Below are positions 18,172-30,818 of a stretch of 64,000 nucleotides of DNA, piece by piece (position 1 is the stretch's first letter; each line of letters opens with the position of its first letter). The notes beneath the pieces were generated by a model. That model ran no database searches, was not told the origin of the DNA, and saw only the letters and a list, made by a program, of their open reading frames with translations. The position numbers and the translations under genes are program-made. Origin of the DNA: Dictyostelium discoideum (taxonomy: Eukaryota); NCBI GenBank assembly GCA_000004695.1, contig CM000153.2, positions 672,001 through 736,000 on the forward strand, given 5' to 3'.

Positions 18172-19281
18172 CCAATTTATTTTCAAAAAGATTTAACAGA
18201 ATTTTTATTATTTTCAATTAAAAATGATAATTTTGAATCACTTCAATTATTATGTGAAAGATTTAAACCAAATTTTCAAGAATTTTCAAGACCTTCACCA
18301 TACTTTTTTATGAAATCAATTGAATCATTTGATTTAGTTTATAGTTTAGATATTTTAAAAAGTAGAGCATTAATGGAAATTAAATATAATTATAAATTAG
18401 CAAGCCATTTTAAAGAAAATTATAGAGATGATTATTATAATCAATTAGAGAATCATTTACCTGAAAATTCAATTCATTCACCTTATGAATTTAATCTATC
18501 AAAATTTCAATTCATTTTTGAAAATTGGTTAGATTTTAAAAAGTATCATAGTAATTTCCTTGAATTAATTTCAGATACAATTAAACATGGTTCACCATTA
18601 TCATTAAATGATTATATTGGATTTATTAAAATGTTTCCAATTGGATATAATAATAATAATCCACCAATTTCTAATAGAAATAATATCGATCAACAACAAT
18701 GTGAACAAATTTATTATTGTTTAAAAAATAGAGCAGATTTTCAATTTTACATTGTTTTAATTTTACCTTCAATATTATTAGTAGAGTATTTATCAACCGA
18801 TTCAGAAAAATTCATTTATAGACATTTCATTCATACAACTTTATTATTAAAAACAAATTATAATTTAATTTTAAATGAAATTTCAAATAGAGGTGATACT
18901 AATTTTATTTCAACTTTTTTAACAATACTAAATAATAATAATAATAATAATAATAATAGTTTTCAAATAGAATTAAAAAAGGATATGTTTATTAATGATT
19001 TATTATTTAACTCTATAAAGCATGGTAGTTTCATGAAATTTATAACATTTTTATCAAGTTTAAATTATTCTTTAAATTTAAAAGATCCTAATGAATTTAT
19101 TATTGAAGGAATAAACTCAAATCAAATTAATGTTGTAATTTACTTTTTAAAATCAAAAGGATCAATAGATTTTTCTTCTTTATTAGCTAAATTCAATAAC
19201 AATAACAATTATAATAACTATTGTTTTTCACTTAATTATTTATTAAGTAATATTAATAATTTATTAGAAATAAAAAATTAA
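16705..19281 (+). CDS. Intronless Asn-rich hypothetical protein (858 aa). Its N-terminus is paralogous to the 1782-6359 protein.
   Basis: A long ORF. Its N-terminal motif MEKELFFKVFNNIFLKSKIKYYLKKEF matches EILFWNVFHNKFLRCLIIHHI of the first large ORF. Poly-N tracts are present. Confidence 0.7.
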
Positions 19282-19391
19282 ATTAATTAATTACTAAATT
19301 ATCCCTACATTGGTAATAAATTTTTTTTATTTTTTTTATATGTGTGTTGTCAGTAGTTATAAAACAAATATAAATTGTTTATAAATGTTTT

Positions 19392-20231
19392 TTAACCTTG
19401 GTGTTGTTTTACTAATTTGGCGAGTTTTTTCTTTAAATCTTTATCATTGGATACACAAATTAATTCTTGAATATCAGCAATAAAGTCATGTAATTTATTA
19501 CCTTTTGGAGCCAAATCTACATAGATTGTATTATTTTTACCCATTAAACCATATAATAGACCCATTTCGAAAATCAAATTAAATCTTGGGTAATAATGTT
19601 CTTCATATTCAGGGTCGTGGGATTCTAGATCATAAGTGACAAATACAAGGCAAAAATCACATCCATCAATTATTTTTTCAAAGTTTTTAATGTCGGTTTT
19701 ACCATTCTTACTTTCCAATAATACTATTGAAATGTTCATATCTTCGAGCATTTTAGAATACTTTTCTTGAATTTCATTATTACCGTTAACTACTAAAGCT
19801 TTTAGTTTTTTAGGTGTCTGTTGAGTGGTGTTTGCACCATCTGCATCTTTTTTATCTACTTTTTTTGTTTCTAAATCTGTAGCTTTTGAGAAAGAATTTT
19901 CAATATTATTATAATTCTTTTGGTGATTCTTTTGAATTATTTATTTTTTTTAAAAAAAAAAAAAAAATTAATAAATGATTTATTTATCTATATTAGTTTA
20001 TATTAAACATACCAATTCCATTAAAAGATTCTTAATTTTTACACGTTCTTCTTCTTGACAACCTTGAATTTGGATATTATTAGTTGAGTGGTAGAAAGTA
20101 ATAGTTAATTTTTTTGCACCTTCTTTTATTTTAAAATAATCTTTTGTTGGTTCATCTTCGAAAATTGTATACTTTGTGCCCAATTCTTTATTAATGCATT
20201 GAACTGCTTCCAATCTTGTTATAGCAATCAT
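19392..20231 (-). CDS. Two-exon gene encoding a 251-aa protein. It has a small N-terminal domain of about 73 aa and a C-terminal TIR-like domain of the bacterial COG4271/PF10137 type (Cap12/PycTIR/STING-associated). Exons 20231..20013 and 19928..19392; the intron is 20012..19929.
   Basis: Exon 1 (MIAITRLEAVQ...KNLLMEL) ends at a GTATGT donor. Exon 2 starts after ...AAAAG in phase 0 and runs 179 codons to the stop. Exon 2 carries the characteristic motifs KALVVNGNN, TDIKNFEKI, DFCLVFVTYD and YPRFNLIFEMGLLYGLMGKNNTIYV, which correspond to vFIvHGhd / TiIEKfE / fAvvLlTPDD / RARQNVifElGyFiGkLGRerV of the COG4271 TIR-like family. Confidence 0.6.
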
Positions 20232-20577
20232 TATTATTATAATAGAAATTATATATAATTATTTTTAAACTAAAAATTGATTTCATTTTAAAATACTATT
20301 AAAATGAATTTAAGTTATGGGTTTTGAATTAATAATATTAAATCTTAATATAATAATTTATTGGACTTAAAAAAATAGGTTTTTTGTTCCAAAAAAAATA
20401 AAAAAAATTTAAAAAAAAAAAAATTAAAAAATTTTTTGGATCTCAGATTTAAAAAAAAAAAAAAAAAAAAAGAAATTAGATTGAAAATTGGTTTGAATTT
20501 AATTGAAAACTCAAAATAATTTTTTAATGGTTCTTTTTTCAAATTTAATACTGTAAGTTGAATTTTGTGGGAGAATA

Positions 20578-20800
<223 letters not shown>

Positions 20801-20806
20801 ATATTT

Positions 20807-20837
<31 letters not shown>

Positions 20838-22039
20838 AATTATAGAAAATTAAATAAATTAAAATTTTTTATCAGTATTTTTTAAATCAATTTTTTATTT
20901 TGGAAATAATTAAAAGTGATTTTTTTAGGGGACTTGTTTAATCGGGAAAAAAAAAATTTTAATTTAAATTTTTTTTTTTTTTTTTTTTTTTTGTAAGAAA
21001 GAGTGTTCTCGAACCAACTCAATTACATTTCTCGAATTACAAATCGATTCGGTATCAATGAAGCTTCTTGTTCCCAAAGAAAAGAAGAAAAGTGTCATCA
21101 AATCTGATTAGGAATTTTTTACTTTTTTTTGGTTTCTCCAAATCTGTTCAGATCTTTTAATCAAAAAATTCAATTTTATTTTTAGTATAAATAAGAAGTC
21201 TTTTTAAAAATAGGTTGTTTTATTTCAATGTGGGTTTTTTTTTAATAGATATTTTGTTTATTAGTTTATTTAGTATTAATTGGTACTAATCCAATTGCCA
21301 GAGTATCAAAGGGTTTTATTCTTTTTTTATAAGATAAATCTTTTAATTCTCGGGCATTGTTGATAGGTTGATTGTATATTAAACAGCTGTTTCACTAAAT
21401 AATTTATTTTTTTAATAAATAAAAAACTTTTATATACACTAAACACAGAATGAAATATGGAAATTTTTTAATTTTCAACCAAGGTAAATTTTAAAATACT
21501 TTTAATCTTATAATAATAATAATATTTAATAATGTTAATTTATATTATAGTTTGATTGTTATAAATTAAAATTAAAAAATCGAAGTTAATTAAATTTTGC
21601 TGATATCCCAAACAAAATCAGAAACATAAACATAACAAAACAAAAAAAAAAAATAAAACAAAACAAAATAAAATAAAACAAAATAAAACAAAATAAAACA
21701 AAATAAAATTTATAAAATTAAAAATAAAAAATTAAACAAATAAACAAAAAAAAAAAAAAACTCTATTCCTTTTTTTCATTTTTATTTTTTTTTTATTTTC
21801 TTTTTTTTTTTTTTTTTTTTTTTAATTCTTAATTTTTTCAATTATTTATATTTTTTTAAATTATTTATTTGATAATTTTTCATAACGAGTTTTCGAATTT
21901 AATATAATTTGAATAATTGTTGTTGTTTTAATTTACATTCATTTGATAATAACACACTTAATATTATTAATTAATCAATTCAATTTGTGTTTATAAACAG
22001 ATAAAATAAATCATATATTAAAAATTATTATAATCAAAA

Positions 22040-23560
22040 TAAATATGATAAAAACTATTTAATTTCTAATAGTAATGAATATGCAGATGGTTATACTTAT
22101 AATAAAGAGTTTTCAATTATAAAAATTAAAGAATCAATATTCAATCATTATTTTAAATTCAATTTATTTTTACATTATATTACAATTGATGATTTTAAAG
22201 AAATTAAAATGAAAATAATCAATTAGTTTATAAAAGAATTGTAGTTGATGTAGATGTTTATGTTGATACTGATGAATCAGGTTATGATGACAATAGTAGT
22301 ATTTTATTTAAAATTCATGAATATATATCAAATGAAAATTCGGAAATCATATCAAATTTATTTAAAATATTAGAATTAAATGATTTTATAATAGATGGTT
22401 ATTATCCATACTCTGAATATGATGAAAGTAAGAAATGCGGTGAATTATATTTTAATAATTTATCAATTGCTGGTCATGATATAGAAGAAGGTGAAGATAG
22501 AGAATCATTAAAGATATTGAAATTTTTCAAAGGTAAAAATATAATTTATGATGGATCAGATGTTGCTAGTGATTTTCCATCACATGTCAATTATTCAGCA
22601 ATATTAGACCTAGATAATTCAGGTCAACAAGTTGAATCAATTAAAGTACAAAATGGGCATAGATATGCTGATTTTGTTGAAGCACATCATTTAATCAAAG
22701 TTAATCAATTTGAAAATTTACATTCAATTACAATACCAATTAATTCATTTCAAATATTATCAAACTTATCGAAAGAAATGGGATATTTTAGTTTTTATGG
22801 AATTAATTCAGATTTTGGTAATTCAGATAATATGAAATTGGAATTAAATCAAATGATCAATTCATTCATTAACAGTAAATCTTCAAAGAATTTAAAAATA
22901 ACATCCGTTAATACAACAGAAGATCCAATTGATTATTATGATTATTATGATGGTGGCAATCTTCAAACTTTTATTAATAAAATAAATGAAAGTAAAGAAT
23001 CATTTTCAAATTCATTTAAACCATTATTTTCAGAGAATTGAATTAGATTGTATGGGCTTATTAAAAATCAATACATTTTCAAATTTATTTAATAACAAAT
23101 CAATTAAATATTTATATTTATATGATAGTGATTCATTGTTTACTCATCAAAACCAACTAGTGGTGGTGGTGTTGGTGGTGTTGGTAAGCAAGTCAAGAAA
23201 TTATTTCAACTAATCAATATTTATTTGATAATATATTTTCATCACCATTAACATCAATTAGACATTATAAAATTAATTTCCAAGAATCTAATGAATTAAA
23301 ATTAATATTTAATTTAATATTAAATAACATTTTTAAATTACAATTATATTCATTAATATTTGTACTTAACGAAAACGAATTAGTTGATGAATTTGTTAAA
23401 CAGTTTAAAAATTTAATTAATAATATTTCAACTCAACAACAATGATCAATTAACATAAATTTAAAAGAAATTATAATTAAAATATATGATTATGATTATG
23501 ATGATGACCCTTTCTATTACCTTTTTGAAGAATTGAGTAATATTTCAAAATAATAATAAA
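22040..23560 (+). pseudogene. Decayed gene. Several ORF fragments on different plus-strand frames are interrupted by stops and frameshifts (e.g. NEYADGYTYNKEFSII..., VDVDVYVDTDESGYDD...KPLFSEN*, LKINTFSNLFNNKSIKYLYLYDS..., HYKINFQESNELKLIFNL...).
   Basis: Coding-like composition runs for about 1.5 kb. Frame continuity is repeatedly broken without usable GT...AG introns at the breaks, and there is no single start codon. Confidence 0.4.
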
Positions 23561-23654
23561 GTAAAAATAATAAATTAAAAAATAAAAATAAACCCAAATC
23601 ATTACACTTTGATATTTTATAAATAACTCTTTTTTATTTCATTTACAGAAAAGC

Positions 23655-23773
23655 ATGAAAAGAAAGGAATTTTTTGTTAATTTATTTTATTTTATTTATT
23701 TTAAAAAAAAAAAAAAATTCCATATGAAAAGAAAGGAATTTTCACATATTATATATGAAAAGAAAGGAATTTT
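23655..23773 (+). promoter_or_regulatory. Three direct copies of the 19-bp element ATGAAAAGAAAGGAATTTT (23655-23673, 23724-23742, 23755-23773), about 270 bp upstream of the 24044 ORF.
   Basis: Exact triple direct repeat within 120 bp of otherwise simple AT-rich intergenic DNA. Confidence 0.4.
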
Positions 23774-24043
23774 TTTTTTTTTTTTTTGAAATTTTTTTTT
23801 TAAGTAAGGAACATTTAAACAAAAAAATAATAAAATTTAGTATCCAGGGTAATAATTGTTTGGAAGATATATTTAATAAAAAAAAAAGAAATTTTTTAGA
23901 AACATCTAGATGGGTGTTAATTTCGAGGTTTGGTTGAAAAAAAAAAAATAAAAAAATGAGAAAAATAAAAAAAAAAAAATAAAAAATAAATTCGCTGTGC
24001 ATAATTAAAAAAATAAAAAATAAAAATAAAAATAGAAATAAAA

Positions 24044-24790
24044 ATGATAACAAATACAAATATTAATGTAAAACCACCAATTAATCCTCAATCAATTTAT
24101 GATTTATTAAATAATTTTATTGAACAGATTAATATTACATATGATGAAATTTTAATATTACAAGAATATAAAGGATTAATTACAAAATTAGTTACATTAA
24201 CATCTTCAATTAAATATTATTTTAATGATTATGAAATTGATAAATTTCAAATTTTACCAACAAAAGATATATTATTCGATAAAGTGAAATTATTTATTGA
24301 ATCATTAAAACAATCAATTGAACAACAAATTAATTCCTTTAAAAAAGTTATAATAATAACATCACCATCAACAATAGCATCATCATCATCATCATCGACA
24401 ACTACAACAACTACTACTACAACAACTACAACAACAGGTGTACTATCAGAAATTGAAAATTTAAAATCAAATATTAATCATAATTTACATAATAGTCAAA
24501 CACAATTATTTATATTTCAATTAATGATTATACAATCATTAATAAATTTATTAAAATCAATTGAAATATTAATTCAAAATAAAAAGAATAAAGAAATAAA
24601 TGTAAAACAAATTAAAGATTCTATTAAACAATTATTAATTCTATTAAATAGCTATTACCAAAATAAACAATTTAAAAATAAAGATGAAATCATTGAAAAA
24701 TTAAGAAATTTAAATTTTCAATTTTCAACTGATTTATTTATATCTCGTTTAATAAATGATATTATTTATTTTACAAATATAAATAAATAA
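24044..24790 (+). CDS. Hypothetical 248-aa protein with a Ser/Thr-rich middle (poly-T).
   Basis: A clean ORF with no recognisable domain. Confidence 0.55.
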   Translation: MITNTNINVKPPINPQSIYDLLNNFIEQINITYDEILILQEYKGLITKLVTLTSSIKYYFNDYEIDKFQILPTKDILFDKVKLFIESLKQSIEQQINSFKKVIIITSPSTIASSSSSSTTTTTTTTTTTTTGVLSEIENLKSNINHNLHNSQTQLFIFQLMIIQSLINLLKSIEILIQNKKNKEINVKQIKDSIKQLLILLNSYYQNKQFKNKDEIIEKLRNLNFQFSTDLFISRLINDIIYFTNINK

Positions 24791-25658
24791 TTAAAATAAA
24801 TTAAAAAAAATAAAAAAAAAAAAAAGATAAACATAAATTTATTTATTTATTTAATCCATTAGTTAATCATTTATTTACTTTTTTTTTAAATGTGTTTGGA
24901 TCATACCATCCATTTCATTTTTTTATTTTTCCTAAATTATTAAATACATAAATAAATAAATAAATAAAATAATAATAAATAAATAAATAAATAATAAAAA
25001 ATAATAAATAAAAAATAAAAAATAAAAATAAAAATAAAAAATATATATGTCAAAGTTTGGTATCTATATTTAAAATAAATTAATTTCAATCACAATCATA
25101 GCCAATTGTTGCTAATTTTTTTTTTTTTTTTTTTCACCAAATTCGATATATTTTTAAAATAAAAAAAATAAAAAAAAGAAAAAAAAAATAAAAAATAAAA
25201 ATTAATGAAATAAAATTATTTTTTTCCCATTGTGGAAAGTATTACACAAAATACAAACACCCCTCTTACTCTGTTGTGGGTTATTATTTTTTAAAATAAA
25301 AAAAGAAATGAAATTATTTTTTATTTTTTTAAATTAAATTTTTTAAATTAAATTTTTTTTTTTAATTTTTTTTTTTTTTTTTTTGTATTTTTTTTTTTTT
25401 GTCTTTGGGTATAAATTTTATTTTTCTTTATATTTCCACATAAAATATTGTAATAATTTCAATCATTTTTTTTATTTTTTATTTTTTTTTTATTTTTTTT
25501 TTTTATTTTTTTATATCACTACAACCAGCCAACCAACCACCCATCGGACAATAATTAATTAATTAAAACAGTAATATTGATCATCCATACCCACCACCAC
25601 CAACTACCCACTACCACTCTCATCCATATTACATACAACACAATAATAAAATAAAGAA

Positions 25659-26518
25659 ATGAGTCGTTCAACATCTTCAACTAAAGCTACTAAAGAAATG
25701 GTTGCCTATTGTTTCGATTCTTTAATATTCCATTTCGAAAATAAACCAATTTATAAACCAAAATTTTCAAATGAATCATCGTATGTACACCAAAATATTA
25801 AATAATATATATATATATAACATATTAATATTTTAAATAAATACTAATATGTATATATATATATATTAAAAAAATATTTGTATGTACATATGCATAAAAT
25901 TTTTATTATTATTTCCCTTTATTTTTTTTTTTTTTAAAAAAAAAAAAATAAATAATTTTAAAAAAAAAATAAAAAAAATAAAAAAATAAAAAAAAATAAA
26001 AAAATAAAAAATAAAAAAGACCATTATTTGTAACATGGAAAATAGATAATAAAAATTATGATGAACCAATTTTAAGAGGGTGTATAGGTACATTTGCAGA
26101 GAAGAATTTAGTTGAAGGATTACATAAATTTGCATTAACTAGTGCATTAAAGGATTCAAGATTCTCTGCTATCACAAAAAAAGAATTAACAAAGTTACAT
26201 TGTGCCGTATCATTGTTGGTAAAATTTGAAACTGTAGATTCAGTTTGGGATTGGGAAATTGGAACCCATGGAATTTGGATAGAATTTACTGATCCAAATA
26301 CAAATCAATCTTCAAATTCAACTTATTTACCAGATGTAATACCAGAACAAGAGTGGACAAAAGAAGAGGCAATAAGATCATTAATTAAAAAGGCTGGTTA
26401 CAATGGAAAAGTTGATGATAATTTCTTTTCCCTAATTAAATTAACTCGTTATCAATCTTCAAAAGATTCATTATCATATTCTGAATTTTTAGAATATAAA
26501 AAAGCTACATCATTATAA
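25659..26518 (+). CDS. AMMECR1-family protein (206 aa). Exons 25659-25780 and 26020-26518; the intron is 25781-26019 (GTATGT...AAAAAG).
   Basis: Exon 1 is MSRSTSSTKATKEMVAYCFDSLIFHFENKPIYKPKFSNESS. Exon 2 is PLFVTWKI...ILRGCIGTF...LTSALKDSRFSAITKKEL...DWEIGTHGIWIEF...STYLPDVIPEQEWTKEEAI..LIKKAGY...KLTRYQS. This is co-linear with human AMMECR1 (YPLFVTWKI..LRGCIGTF..ALKDSRFPP..DWEVGVHGIRIEF..ATYLPEVA..QGW). Confidence 0.85.
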
Positions 26519-26545
26519 TTGAAATAATAATTAATAATAATTATT

Positions 26546-26587
<42 letters not shown>

Positions 26588-27252
26588 TAATAATAATATC
26601 TTAAAACAGCAACAGTTTTAAAAAAAAAAAAAAAGAAAGCATTAAAAATTCTTGTAAAATAAATGTAAATAACTTCTTCTTCTATATTGATTCAATTCCT
26701 TCCTTTATCTCAACAAAATAATATGCAAAAACAAAAATAAATAAATAAAAAAAAAGAATGTAAAAAAAAAAAAAAAAAAAGTTATTTATAACCTTTAAAA
26801 AGTTCTTTTTTTCTTTTTTGTTTTTTTTTTATAGAATTCAAATTTCCAAAAATTAAATTTCATTCTTTTTTTTAGCAATCGAATTTGAAGATATTATTTT
26901 TGAGTCATGGAATTTTGATTCGTAATGTAAAAAAATATTCCAAGATATTTTATTGATCAAAATTAAAAAAAAAAAAAGCAAAAATAAAAAAAATAAAAAT
27001 AAAAATAAAAAAAAATAATAAAAAAAAAAAAAAAAAAAAAATGTCGTTTTTTTTTTTTTGTTTTAAAAAAAAAAATTTTTTTTTTTTTTTTTTTTTTTTT
27101 TGTGTGTTAATAAAAATACCAATATTAAAATAATAAATTTTTTATATATATTCAATTTGAATAGTCATAGTAATAAAATAAAATAAAATTTTTTTTTTTT
27201 TTAAAAAAAAAAAAATCTAACACAACAAAACATATAAATATATATATATAAA

Positions 27253-28496
27253 ATGACAAACAGAGATGAATATTCACCATTAGTTGATATAACAGAAACA
27301 TCAAAAGCACCATTAGATAAAGTAATAAAATTAAATATATATACATACATATAATTGATTTTTTTAATTTTAAAAAACTAATTTCTTTTTTAAATTAATT
27401 AAATAAAATATAATATATAATAGAATGGTTTAGCATGGATTTGTTTTTTAATTTTAGGTGTTGGATTATTATTCCCATTCAATTGTTATGTAGCAGCATC
27501 AGATTATTTTTCAGATTTATATGGTGATTCATATTCATTTTTAATGTCATTAGCATATAATTATATTCAATGGTTATTATTATTTGTATCGATATTTGTT
27601 ATGCCAAGATTTTCATTCAAATCACGTACGATTTTATTTTTATTAGCAGGTTCATTGATTTTATTCTATATGCCATTCAATAATATGATATTTGGTAGAA
27701 ATGAAAAGGTATCAATGGGTATTAGTTTATTGTGTACCTTTGCATCAGGTTGTTTAGCTTCATTGTTGTTTGGTACTGTTTTAGGCTTGGTAGCATTGTT
27801 TCCAGGCGAATATACAGGTGCTGTAATGAGTGGTAACGGTGTTGCCGGTATGATTGCAATGGCGTTGCAAATCATTACCAAGGTATCCGTGCCTGCAACT
27901 GCACATGGCAATCAAGAGAGTGGCTTGATCTTCTTCTTTTTGGCAGGCGGTGTATTAATCATTTGTTTACTATGTTTCTTGGTTTTATTGCAGTTACCAA
28001 TTACAAAGTACTATTTAGCAAATTTCGAAGCTTCAAAATTGAAGGAGAATGGTAGTGTCAACGGCATCGAAAGTGGTGATGGTGATGCCAAACCAAAGAA
28101 ATCTGCACGTCAATGGATGGGCGAGCTTTTAAATATCCTCAAAAAGGTTTGGAGAGAGGCATTGGTTGTTTTCACAGTTTTCTTTACTACACTCTCAATT
28201 TTCCCTGGCTTAACTCAACTTATTCAAACAAGTAATGAACATCAGTTATCATCCGATTGGTTTATCATTGTTTTCTTTTCAATCTTTATGGTTGGTGATT
28301 TCATTGGAAGAACCGTTCCAAAATGGTTTATCATTTTCACTCCTTCAAATCTTTGGATTCCAACTTTCCTTCGTCTTGCCTTCTTCCCATTATTTGCACT
28401 TTGTATTAAACCTTTAGTATTTAATAATAATGCTTGGTATTTCGTTTTTATGTTTATTTTTTCAATTTCAAATGGTTATTGTGGAAGTAATGTGTA

Positions 28497-28536
<40 letters not shown>

Positions 28537-28845
28537 ATTTATTTACTAATTTATTTTTTTATTTTTTATTATTATTAATATAGCACTTGCAATGATTTTT
28601 GGTCCAACAAAAGCTGAAGAACATGAAAAAGAATATGCAGGAATTATTATGGTATGTTTATTTGAGAAATTTTTTTTTTTTTTTTTTTTCATACAATTTT
28701 TTTAAACTTCAAACTAACCTTTTATTATTTTTTATTATTTTTATTATTATAGTCATTCTTTTTAAATTTTGGTATTTGGGTATCAACTCATTTTGCATTT
28801 TTATTAAGTTATTTAGTAACTGGATCCACTGGTATTAATTTCTAA
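27253..28845 (+). CDS. Equilibrative nucleoside transporter (ENT/SLC29 family), 430 aa. Four exons: 27253-27321, 27424-28486, 28584-28651, 28753-28845.
   Basis: Donors are GTAATA, GTAATG and GTATGT; acceptors are AATAG, ATATAG and TTATAG; all phases are consistent. Motifs include NGLAWICFLILGVGLLFPFNCYVAASDYF, 11 predicted TM segments, and the C-terminal ...SNGYCGTLAMIFGP...AGIIMSFFLNFGIWVSTHFAFLL, which matches the ENT C-terminus (SNGYL.SL.M.FGP...AGAIMAFFL.LGL). Confidence 0.8.
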
Positions 28846-29280
28846 AAAAAAAAAAAAAAAATTTTAAAAAAATTGTAGGAAAAAAAAAAAAAAAAAAAAA
28901 AAAAAATCAATTTAATTATATTAATTATACACACGACTCTCAAACATTCAAAATTAATAAAAAAATAAAAAAATAAATAAATAGATAACAATAATAATAA
29001 TAAAATAAAATAAAATAATTTTAAATTTAAATTAAAGTTGTTGATTATTAATATTTTATTTTATTTTTGCTTTTTTTTATTTTCGAAGAAAAAACAAAGA
29101 AAAATTATCAGGCAAACCATCACTTTTTTTTTTTTTATTTTTTTTTATTATTTTTTATTTTTATTTTTTCAATTTTATTATTTTTCGTTTTTTCACAAAA
29201 ATTTGTTGATCAACACCGAAATTTGGGAATATTCATCATCATAATAAATATAAATTGTATAAATATAAATTAATAATAAA

Positions 29281-30008
29281 ATGGAGAATGAAAATAAAAT
29301 ACTTATAATAAGAGTTATTAGATCATTTGAATATAGAACTATAAAGAATCTCATTTTAAAGGATATAGATTTAAATACAAATGTTTCTGATTTTAAAAAA
29401 CTGGTCGCTGATAGTAAGTCAAAATAGTATTTTAACACACACATCTTTTTTTTTTTTTTCTCTCTCTCCGAAAATTAGTTTTTTTCTTATACTTATTAAT
29501 AAATCTTTTTTTTTTTTTTTTTTTTCTTATTTTTAGAAATTCAAACTACACCAGGATTTACACCATTTAAAACAAAACAATATGGTAATGTTAATATTAA
29601 TATTAATATGAGACACAAACACATCTTTCACTTTTTTTTTATTTTTTTTTTAAATAAAATAAAAATGATAATAAATAATAAATAGATAATAATAATTAAC
29701 AATTTTTTTTTTTTTTTTTTTTTTTAGACTCAATGAAAATATTTTTTGTGCCACATGGTCAAAAACCAAATAATTTAACTATAAATATTGAAAATGATCA
29801 TTTCTTTTTAAATAATAATAAATCTTTAGCTGAAAATGGTGTTGGTAAGTTATCAATAAATAAAATTAATTAAAAATAATAATAATAATAATAATAATAA
29901 TTATTAACAATTCGATAAATATATAAATTTAGTATATGAAACAGAGATTTCATTTTTTGTAATGGAGGATTATTTAAAATATAAAGAAAACCCAGAAAAT
30001 AAATGGTA
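29281..30008 (+). CDS. UPF0538 family protein (C2orf76 homolog), 124 aa. Four exons: 29281-29413, 29537-29584, 29728-29844, 29932-30008.
   Basis: All donors are GTAAGT or GTAATG. The product is MENENKILIIRVIRSFEYRTIKN...KQYDSMKIFFVPHGQKPNNLTINIENDHFFL...GVVYETEISFFVMEDYLKYKENPENKW. This parallels human C2orf76 (VRLIRSFEHRN...YDALKII...ETEIAFFCEEDYKNYKANP). Confidence 0.75.
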
Positions 30009-30156
30009 ATATTATTTAATAAAAAAAAAAAAAAAAATTGTTTTATTTATTACTATCATATATATCAAAAAAGCCTGGAATATCTTTATTTTTTTTTTTT
30101 TTTTTTCCAAAAAGTGTGATTATTTGAATGATTTCTTTTTTTAACCCATTAATTCC

Positions 30157-30187
<31 letters not shown>

Positions 30188-30263
30188 AAATAAATAAATA
30201 AATAAAGAATTTGTAATTAATCTAATCGAGAAAGAATTTTTAAACAAACATATTTGTTATTAT

Positions 30264-30298
<35 letters not shown>

Positions 30299-30516
30299 AT
30301 AATTTTGTAAGATGATAAATAAAATTATGTGTAAATTTAATTTTATTATAAAATGGAGTGATTAATTAATCTTATTCGAAAAAAAAAAAAAAAAAAAAAA
30401 AAAAAATTCTTTTGGGAACATTATTCAAAAACCAGCCAATTAATTTTTTTTGGGTTTTAATTTAAAAATTTTATACAAATCTTTGATTAAAAAAGAATTT
30501 TAAAAATTAATTTTTG

Positions 30517-30547
<31 letters not shown>

Positions 30548-30582
30548 TTTTTTTTTTAATTTTTGTTTTTTTTTTCTTTTTT

Positions 30583-30614
<32 letters not shown>

Positions 30615-30818
30615 TTATTAATTTTTGCATATTGTAATATTACTTTGCGTACAAAAACCCACACTTAATTTATTTTTTTAATTTTTATATATTTTTTTAT
30701 TTTTTTAATTATTTCTGTAATAACATCTATATCAATACTATTTATAATAATACTTAATAAAATAATAATATAAATAAAGAGGTAGAAGAAGAAGAAAATA
30801 ATAATAAAATAAATAAAA

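Noticed and set aside
21440-21480. ATGAAATATGGAAATTTTTTAATTTTCAACCAAG|GTAAAT, which looks like a first exon with a perfect donor.
   Set aside because: No downstream acceptor gives an open frame; the sequence is TGA immediately after the only AG acceptor.
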